A stretch of 64,000 nt of DNA from the NCBI RefSeq assembly GCF_009914755.1, contig NC_060928.1; one strand, 5' to 3'. Every line of letters starts with the position of its first letter. Position 1 is the stretch's first letter. This document shows, one piece after another, positions 54,086 through 64,000 of this stretch. A model generated the notes under the pieces. It ran no database searches and was not told the DNA's origin. It worked only from the letters and a program-made list of their open reading frames with translations. The stretch is from the human T2T-CHM13v2.0 reference genome, Homo sapiens. The translations under genes were made by a program, and so were the position numbers.

Positions 54086-55562
54086 AGGCCATGGCCATGT
54101 CATGTTAAGGAGCTTGGGTTTTACCCTATAGCAATGGGGAGATATTGAAGAGTTTTAAGTAGGTATTATAACTGCAGATAAATAGAAAATTAGACTATAG
54201 GGAAGAAATATCTTAAATATCACTTTCACAAGAAAGTGGAAAAAAAAGTAAGAAAGTTATTGGAATAAACAACATGTAATGAGAGCCTTCAATACTAATT
54301 TTTAAATTTCTATTTTTCAGATTTATCCTATCAAGGTTTTATTGAAACTTGCCTAAAATTGTCTATGATACAAGGTAGGCAATAAATATAAATGAATAAG
54401 GGTATGAAAGAAAAGCTCAAGCATACAGCCATTTTGTTCACAACAAAATAGTTTCCAAACCATGTGATGTACAAAGTTAATTAAATGTTACATGGAAAAA
54501 GTAGACCTATAATTGAAGTAGAGATCAAAGTCCTAAAGCTAAGTGTAGAGATGAAAAAAGAACATAGGAAAGGTCCAATAGGTGATATATCACCTCAGCC
54601 CAGAAAGGACATACATGTAATCTACTCACATTCCACTCATCTCCCTAAGTCATGTAACACTGCAAAAGCAATGTGTTCCCTGGCTGGGTAGCCATTTCCC
54701 AGCAAAACTTTAAACTATACAAAGAGGCATGAAACTATGGTTATCAGCTGGCCATATCTGTGACAGATGACAATAAGTACCAAAGACAAAACAGAAAAAA
54801 GGGACAGAAAATACAAGGGAGGTAATAGGGAACATGTTAACATCTCAAGTAAGATGCTTAGAAATAATTTTCTGAAAGCAACCTTTGAGCAAAGACTTGA
54901 AGGAGGTGAAGGTGTCAGTTATGCAGATATCTTAAAGCAAAAGGATTTCCGGCAGGGAAAACAGTAATGCAAAGGCCCTGAGGCAGACACACTTGGTGAA
55001 ATGATGGAATGTAGGAGGCCATTTTGGATACATAAAGAATAACAGAGTTAAGTAGAAATCAAATAGTTTCTAAGAGGGCCAAATCATTTAAGTCTTCATA
55101 GGTTATAACAAGAATTTGACTTTTATTCTCTGTGGAATGAGACATTAGAAGATTATAAGCAAAGAATTGATGAGACCTGACATGTTTTAACGTGATCACT
55201 CCAGCTCCTGCAAGAGCCTGGCTGTGAGTGGAAAGAGTGTCCAGTTTATAGGCTTTTGCAATAATCCAGGAGAGAGAGACGATGTCTGGGAACAAATAGC
55301 AGCAGTGGAAGTAGTAAAAAGTCATTGAATTATGGATATATATTGAAGGTTGAGTCAAAAGAATATGCTAACAGATCATATATGGGATGTGAGAGAAGAG
55401 GAGGCACTGATATTACAAGTACTTTGATCTGAGAAAATAAAAGAACTGACCCTGAGAAAAAAGAGAATGTGAGAGGAATAGGTTTTAATAAAGAAAGTCT
55501 AAAATTTGGTTTTAAACATGTTTTATTCAGGGTGCCTATTAGAAATCTGGGGCAGAAAAGGG

Positions 55563-55959
55563 CTAACTATTTGCCAAATCCCTTTTCATCTTCTTCTTAG
55601 GCACACAACTAGACCATATTTCCCAATCTCCTTTGCAATTAAGTATGGCAATATGACTGAGTTGTAGCCAGTGACATGCAAGCAGAAGTGATTGAGGCAC
55701 ACTTCCAAACCCGGCCAATAAAACTTTCCACATACAACTGGCCATGCTCTACCACCTTCCACTGTTTTGATGCAGATGAATGGGGCACTCTTGGAAGCCA
55801 AGAACTAAGGATAATGGAGCTATAAGATGAAGGAAATTATCCACCAGAAACATGTTATAAAATTTATATGAAACAGAAATTATGTTCTATTATGATCGGA
55901 CACTGACTGAGATTTGGAATCTATCCACTAAAGCAGTTACCACTGCCCAAACTAACACA
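55563..55959 (+). mobile_element. MaLR LTR (MLT1-like)
   Basis: catatttcccaatctcctttgc...atgactgagtt...gcagaagtga...actaacaca. Confidence 0.7.
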
Positions 55960-57122
55960 GATATCCAAGCTGAGATATTCAGTAAACAACTGAATATAAG
56001 AGTGTGGAGTTCAAAGGAAAGAACCTGACAGGATATATAATTCGAGAGACATTGATGACTAGTGTTTACATAATACAGGTGTGGACTGGCTCAGACTTTC
56101 AAGCAAGTGACCAAAGCTGGAGAAGAAAATGGAAAAGTAAAAGTACAAAGAGTAAGGCCTGTACCAGCTCAACAATAAAGAGATTGAAAAGACGAGGAAG
56201 AACCAGCAAGGAATTTTGAAGAGAGGCCAGTAGTAAGAGGAACACCTGTTTACTCATCTCATATTGGCAGTAAGAAGAAAACAAGAAAAATACAGTGTCC
56301 CAGAAACCAAATGAAAAAAATGTGTCAAGGAGAAGGTAGTAATCAACCATATCAAAGGGTATCAAAAAGTCAAGTAAGAAGAAAACTGAGACTTGACTAT
56401 TGGATTTATTTATTTATTTATTTAAAGACTAGTCAATGACTATTGGATTTAACAATATTGATGTCTCTGGTGACCTTGAAAAGAACAGCTTCAGTATATG
56501 GTGGGAAAAGAGCTTGAGTGAAGCAAGTTCAAGAGAGAATAGGAGAAGAGAAACTCAGCAAGTAGAAATAAATCTTTCAGTTATTCAACTGTAGTACAGA
56601 AGTCACTTAAATTATATACTGGATTTAGTACATTATAAACATTTGGGGGGGAAAGCATGAATGCAAATAATCCACCAAATGGTACTTTACAAATGCCATA
56701 GAATTTTACAACATAAAGAGATTCTAGTAGACCCTGACACATCGTAAGAATACACTAGATATAGAGAAATATAATTTGAAAAGATAAAAAGTCAAAATCA
56801 CAAAGCCTGCAAACTTCTAAGGGCTTATTCATGTTCAGTTCATTAACCTGCAAAGGCAAGTTTAGTACATTTTGTCAGCAAGCTTGTCAACTAGGGTTTA
56901 TACTTCAAATACTGACACTCAAGTATCAATATTCAACTTTGAGGAGAATCAAAAAGTTAAGAGAAAGATTAAGAAAAAATGGTTCCTGAAAAAAAATTCA
57001 TTGATGGGAGCTGAAATAGCTCTAACAAGCAGCAATACTATCTATGTTAATTTCAAGAACTAAAATATGAACTATCTCAAAAAACCTCATAAAGAAACAA
57101 ATATGATTTAACGATAAAACAC

Positions 57123-57548
<426 letters not shown>

Positions 57549-57672
57549 CTATATTCCGCCTGAGGTACACAGAAGCCATATAGGCTACGCATCAATTTTC
57601 TTTTACCAGTTCATTGCTATAGCCACTAAACCTCGTCTATTAATCACAAAGACACATTAAAATGCACTGTTC

Positions 57673-57973
57673 GGCTAAGCACAGTGGCTCATGACTGAAA
57701 TCCCAGCACTTTGGGAGGCCAAGGTGGGCCAGACTGCTTGAGCCCAGGAGTTCAACACCAACCTGGGCAACATGGTGAAACCCCATCTCTACAAAAAATA
57801 CAAAAAGCTGAGTGAGATGGTGCGAGCCTGTAGTCCCAGCCACTCAGGAGGCTGAGGTGGGAGGATCGATTGAGCCTGGGGAGGTTGAGGCTGCAGTGAG
57901 GCATGATCATCCTACTGCACATCCAGCCTGGGTGACAGAGCAGAGCAAGATCCTGTCTCAAACAAAAAAAAAA
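57673..57973 (+). mobile_element. Alu (AluJ-like)
   Basis: ggctaagcacagtggctc...gaggctgcagtgag...polyA. Confidence 0.9.
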
Positions 57974-58664
57974 GAACTCTTAGATTCTGATAGTTTCTCT
58001 TCTTGCCTTTATAATCACACAGTATAATCAGCTTCTGCAAATTACTATTGTTGAAAGTTTACTTTTCATTATTCTGCTTCATTCATTTAGTTATATGTGC
58101 TCGGCTAGGGATATAGCATGGGGAAAACAAATGAAGACCCTGCTCTCATATCACTTATACTCTTGTCTATCTGAAAGACTCTCTGTCCCAAAAAGGATCT
58201 TGCATGGAAAAAAAGTCATCTTTTAGTAAATGAGGATTATGCAGGCTAACAAAAGCATAAATGAAATGTAAAAATATTCCAAAGGGTTCATGAGATTCCC
58301 TCAACTTTGTTTATATTAGGAAACAGAAAAATTAAGTTATTTGAGTTGTAGCTCTTCTCTTTCAACTCCTAATCTTTGGAAACCTGGAATAGTTTTTTAT
58401 TTTTTAAAGTTAAAAAAGTATAAAGCCCTAAGTTTAGAAATAATTTATATAAAAAATTAGTTGCACCCTCTCAAGAACAAGCCAATATTTTCAGTGCTAA
58501 TCTCTTCAAACAGCAATAAACTATATTATGTCCTAGTCAGTTCATTAGTTTTACTGCAAATATATGACAAGTAAGCTTTCTGGTCTGCTATAGCATTTTC
58601 TTTAGCTACAGAAGTGTTAAAAATGCTGTTTATTTTAATTATGTAGTAAATTCACAATAAACAT

Positions 58665-58697
58665 TATGTATACATATATTATGTATATGTGTGTATG

Positions 58698-58730
<33 letters not shown>

Positions 58731-58747
58731 ACACACATATATATATC
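58665..58747. repeat. (TA)n/(TG)/(CA) microsatellite
   Basis: tatgtgtgtatg(ta)n(ca)n. Confidence 0.9.
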
Positions 58748-59999
58748 CTAATTCAGCAGTTTTAATCAAAAGACAAATATGCACTTAAGTCTACTAAAAG
58801 AAATAATCATGTTAGAGAGAGAGAACACCAAGAATAACCTCTACATTTTAATTTGCTGGAGAAATAAATGCAGCCATACCTGGAAAAAATGCATTAAATT
58901 TTAAAAGCAAAGTCATTATTTCTAAGTTTTATAAGTTTATTATCAATGCAAGTTTAAAAAGAAAATAAAATCACAGAGAGGTACATGTTTAAATACCTTA
59001 TGGTTTCATTTTACACTTCTCATATCAGGATGAAGTCTTAAAAGTAATTCAAAAGGAAAATGAAAGTATTTGCCCAGACGATAGAGTCCATATGTTCTTC
59101 AATCTGGAAATCCATTGGGAAAAAGGCTTGAGTTTTTAAAAACTGAATTTTGACAATTGGAAGCTGATGTGGCTTTTTTTCCCTCTCCAGGAAGATTTGA
59201 GTCATTCTCAGAGGGAATGAAATAGACCTTTATCAAGTATTGCAAAGCTTAACACCTGTTTAACTCCAAATTACTTAGAAAACATTTAGTTAGTCTTCAG
59301 AATCTCAAAATAAGGGTTGTTATAAACACTTTTCCTAACAGTAAGATGTTTTTTAAGTTTAGCAAGAAGGCGTATCTACATATTCAAGTCTGTTTATATT
59401 TCATATTCTACAGATATCAACCATCTTGTAACAGTCTATTTGTTATTACTATACAGATTCCTATATAATTTTGTTATTCCTAAGATTATAAGTAGGCTGT
59501 AATTAAATAACTAGTTGAACATCCATCATACCATTAGGCTCCACAACTGAGGGCAGTCTGGTTCTTCCCCACTGTTTGTATGAATCCCAAGCTTCTAGCA
59601 CAAGAAGAAGCAACTAGTATGCACTTAAATAAAGCCCATCAAAATGATAAATATGTACCCTACTCTGATCATTCTTTCATAGATCTAAAATGAAGCTAAC
59701 ATATTCAAAGTTAAAATGAGTTTGCTCTCAAAATCAAGGTAGAAAATAGACTGGAGTTCTTACAGGAGCCTCAGTTTTACACAACATAGCACAAATTGGA
59801 TAACTTGTGCTCCACTACTAATGTATAAAATTCCTAAATGAATGTAATTTAACTACAAAAAATTTATTGTATTCCTATTATGTAAAAAGAAATTTGCTAA
59901 ACTATACTGACATATTAAATACCTAGATTAAAAACGTTAATGTTTCGTTAATGGATCAAAAATTACATCAGAGTTAAAGTAACTACAATAGTGTATTTT

Positions 60000-60812
60000 T
60001 AAAAAAAACATTTCTCAAAACATATACAAATGGCCAACAAACATATGAAAAAATGCTCAACATCACTAATCATCACAGAAATGCAAATTAAAACCACAAT
60101 GAGATACCACCCTACTCCTGCAAGAATGGCCATTATTAAAAAGTCAAAAAACAGTAGATGTTGGCATGGATGTGGTGAAAAGGGAATGCATATACTCTGC
60201 TGGTGGGAATGTAAATTAATACAACCTCTATGGAAAACTGTTTGGAAATTTCTTAAAGAATTAAAAGTAGGTCTACCATTCAATCAAGCAATCACACTAC
60301 TGGGTATCTATCTGAAGGGAAATCAGTCATTACATCAAAAAGACATCTGCAAGCATATGTTTATTGCAGCACAATTCACAGCTGCAAAGATACGGAATCA
60401 ACCTAAGTGCCCATCGAACAATGAATGGATAAAGAAAATGTGGTATGTATACACCATGGAATACTACTCAGCCATAAAAAAGAATGAAATAATGTCTTTT
60501 GCAACAACTTGGATGGAGGTGTAGGCCATTATTCTAAGAGAAGTAACTGAGGAATGGAAAACCAAATACCACATATTCTCACTTATAAGTGGGAGCTAAG
60601 CTACGAGTACACAAGGGCACACAGAGTGATATAATGGACTATGGGGACTCAGAAGGGGTAGGACCAGTGGAGAGGCAAGGAATAACAACCTCCATATTGG
60701 GTACAATGTACACTACTTGGGTGACTAGTGCACTAAAATCTCAGACTTCACCTCTATACAATTCATCCATGTAACCACTTGTACTCCAAAAGTTGTTGAA
60801 ATGAAAAAAAAA
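60000..60812 (+). mobile_element. LINE-1 3' fragment (older L1PB/L1MA type): ORF2 C-terminus and 3'UTR
   Basis: ORF 60030-60524 [15 protein letters not shown]...CWWECKL...HMFIAAQF is L1 ORF2 C-terminal sequence, followed by an A tail. Confidence 0.93.
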
Positions 60813-62124
60813 CTTAGAGCCACATATTAGTTTTGAAATTTTTTTGGAGAAATTTAATTGTACTCTGCTGTTTGATAAAAAGTGCTCACCAGCAATCTTA
60901 TGTTCTGGCTCCTTTGCCTCCAACTTCTTTCCCTTCTTCGGAAAAAAAAAAATGCAATAAAATAAAGGATAAAGAGTGCAAAAGATTTTTTAATAAGAAC
61001 TCTCAGTAAAAGCAATTGCATGAAAATGGAAATTACTGGCAGTAAGTGGTCTCCAAACATCTGCTTTGAAAGATATTTTTTATAATGATTCAAATGCTCT
61101 TTTTATACATGATCTCCCTTATCATTTAAGCTAATTTTTTTAACTTTTAGGAGTTGTATTTTTAAAAACTGTGGGCTTCCTATTTTTCTTTATTCCTCAA
61201 CAAATGTTTGTATATTGTAAGTTGTGCTCTCATACATACTTGTTAAAAAGCTTAATTATGTCACTACATAATAGTACTATAAAAGCAACACAGTGTGAAA
61301 AACAGCACTAGAGTACTAGTTAGAGCACTAGTTAGAACAGCACTAGTTCTGATTTTATAATTAAATACCTGTTGGATCTTTAGCAAACTCATATAACCTA
61401 CTTGGGTCTCAGTCTCCTTTTCAATAAAATAAATGAGCTGAATTAAATAATCTTTACCTCCCTAACACCTTAAAAGTGCTACCATTTTGATATACTACTT
61501 AAAAAATATATTTCATTTTTAGTTATACTCCATACACTTGCCTGTATGTTCAAAATCATTACTTCCAGTTCCTCAGAAATCTCAAAAAATACTGCTGAAG
61601 GAAATGGAATTAATTTTTACTTTCCTATTATGTATTTCTCTTGGGAGTAAGGAGGACAGAATGCAATAAAATACAACTATTTGTGCAGTTGTGCGATGTC
61701 TTAGCTTGTACTGAGGGCAATGCTGTATGCACCCTTTTGATCAATGTAAAGAAGGTCTAGCATAGATAAACTTCCCTACATGGAAACCAAAACAGTTGGG
61801 TTGACTTTTTCTTTCTCCTTGCCACCTAAAACTGTGGGACATACTAGAGATGAAGAAGTAAGGGTAAATTAAACTTTTGTAAGCATACAGGAAAGCAAGC
61901 AGCAGCATGTTTATTTTTCTTTACCCTGTTGAATGTCATGGGCTAGAAAGACACTGAAGTTGTGAAGGAAGGGAGGCAACATGTTTAAAAACTCAATACC
62001 AAGTTTTATAATGCAATGGCCTGTTTAGAATATTTAAAGATATGGACATGAGATGTACTGAGCACATGAAAATAAGTAGACCATCAAAAGAGCAGAAATT
62101 ATGAGGAATTTCTAAAAGACATCA

Positions 62125-62400
62125 TGTGTAACTCCAGCACTTTGGGAGGCTGAGGCAGAAGGATCACTTGAGCCTAGAAGGTCAAGACCAGTCTAGGCAA
62201 TATATCAAGATCCCATCTCTACAAAAGTTATAAAAAGTAGCCACAATGGTGGCACATTCTTGTAGTCCCAGTTACTTGAGAGGCTAAAGCAGGAGGATCA
62301 TTGTGCCCAAGAGTTTCATGCTGCAGTGAGCTACAATTGTGCCACTGCACACCAGCCTGAGCAACAGAGGAAGACCCTGTCTATAAAAAAGAAAAGAAAT
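62125..62400 (+). mobile_element. Alu (AluJ-like), slightly 5'-truncated
   Basis: ccagcactttgggaggctgaggcag...gaccctgtct A-tail. Confidence 0.88.
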
Positions 62401-62528
62401 CTAGTAGGATCAACTGGAAGGTAAAATCCCAGACACATGGAAGATAAGTACTCTTCCGGGGGAAAATGCGGGAGCTTCAGCCTAAAGGCAACAGATGGAA
62501 ACGGTGGGTGAAGACAACAGTCACCTAA

Positions 62529-62844
<316 letters not shown>

Positions 62845-63696
62845 AACAATCTTAAGGCTGATTTCCTCTCTCCCCTTCCCTTACTTCTGCTGGGCTGCAA
62901 GCAAGATTGCCCACCCTTGGCTAAAGGCATATGTACTCTTGGATTAGAAGAAGGGCAGATTCCTAGCTAGCTACTGATGACCAAAAAGAATAGGAAGCAC
63001 TGCTGGTAGAAGACCATTACTGACAAATCTTTCCTGGCGGTACATTCAAACCTTGCCCCACAAGGGCATTCTGACAGTATTTAACAAAATTTGTATTGCA
63101 AATAACTCCTTTTGACTTAGTGACTTCACTTCTAGGTATGTATCCTAATAGAAATGCTCACACATATTCATTCAGAAAGATGAATCTGACAAGATTGCAG
63201 CACCTCTAAATAAAGAAAAATTAGAAGCCAGCTAAATGTCCACCAGTAGAAAAGCTAAAATAAACTATATATTTTCATACTATTAAATAGTATATGCCTG
63301 TTAAAAAATAATGAGGTAGATATACATAAAATAGCATTGAATATAAGAAAAAAGTTAGTAGCTAATATACTATACACAGCATAGCCACATTTATATTTTT
63401 AAAATAGTGTGTTTATAAATGCAAAAGAGGAAACCAGAAGACTATACATCAAACTATTTACCTCCTCACCACTAGGAGACTTTCTGGGTAGGGATAAGTA
63501 CTAAAGAGAATTTTCACATAATAATTGAATATTTTACAATGAGAATGCATTTCTATATACCCCTTATACTTGAAAAAGAAAAAAAAATCTTGCCAATTTG
63601 AATCGTGAACTGAGAAGAATGTTCCCCACCTAGATAAGAAAATTTTATACAATTTATCTAACAAAAATTTTAAAATAATATCCACAGCACTCTATT

Positions 63697-63794
63697 TTTT
63701 ATTTTATGTTATTATTATTATACTTTAAGTTTTAGGGTACATGTGCACAATGTGCAGGTTAGTTACATATGTATACATGTGCCATGCTGGTGTG
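63697..63794 (-). mobile_element. Extremely 5'-truncated young L1 (L1PA2/3-like 3' terminus)
   Basis: tatactttaagttttagggtacatgtgcacaatgtgcaggttagttacatatgtatacatgtgccatgctggtgtg. TSD CCACAGCACTCTATT at 63682-63696 and 63795-63809. Confidence 0.93.
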
Positions 63795-64000
63795 CCACAG
63801 CACTCTATTAACTTTAGTATGTTATAGATAACTGAACTACCCTCTACCACAACATACACATACCAAAAAGGTACAAACTATATGAACAGATTACATTATT
63901 GTTTTCATTTCGTAAACATATTCAAGTAAAATGTTTTTAAAATCTATTTCTTTTTAAAATTTAAATGTCATTCATGCAAATACTTGTTTTGTGACAACTA

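Larger units (their letters stand above)
52500..56570. mobile_element. Patchwork of L2 fragments interrupted by LTR elements
   Basis: L2-like strings (cattcatttacaaatatttt, gcaaaggccctgaggcag, tgcaataatccagg, gactattggattt, gtgaccttg). Boundaries are approximate. Confidence 0.6.

Noticed and set aside
61300-61350. Repeated GCACTAG(TTAG) units
   Set aside because: Tiny local tandem duplication with no supporting context.

Overview
Primate (human or very close) genomic DNA from the LRBA locus. LRBA runs on the minus strand. Four exons were recovered by splice sites and reading phase: 38856-38980, a 33-nt optional exon at 36932-36964, 30562-30708 and 27895-28031, covering the region leading into the PH domain. 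The intronless developmental gene MAB21L2 (359 aa, cGAS-like fold; ATG 22877 to stop 23956) is nested on the plus strand in the next LRBA intron. It has two CpG islands, a GA-rich promoter, a long 5' leader with upstream AUGs and a polyA signal at 24515. The flanks are rich in Alu, L1, L2, MIR and MaLR elements, but about 14.5-32.4 kb has no recognisable transposon. Best leads: (1) a minus-strand ATG plus phase-0 donor just behind the MAB21L2 promoter, which could start a short C-terminal LRBA isoform; (2) an in-frame UUG in strong Kozak context that would extend MAB21L2 by 19 aa; (3) a dense TALE/MEIS motif cluster about 9 kb upstream; (4) a Cys codon where I recall Arg in reference LRBA. The gene arrangement itself is known. 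I see no evidence of an entirely new system. Repeat boundaries and subfamilies were judged by eye.
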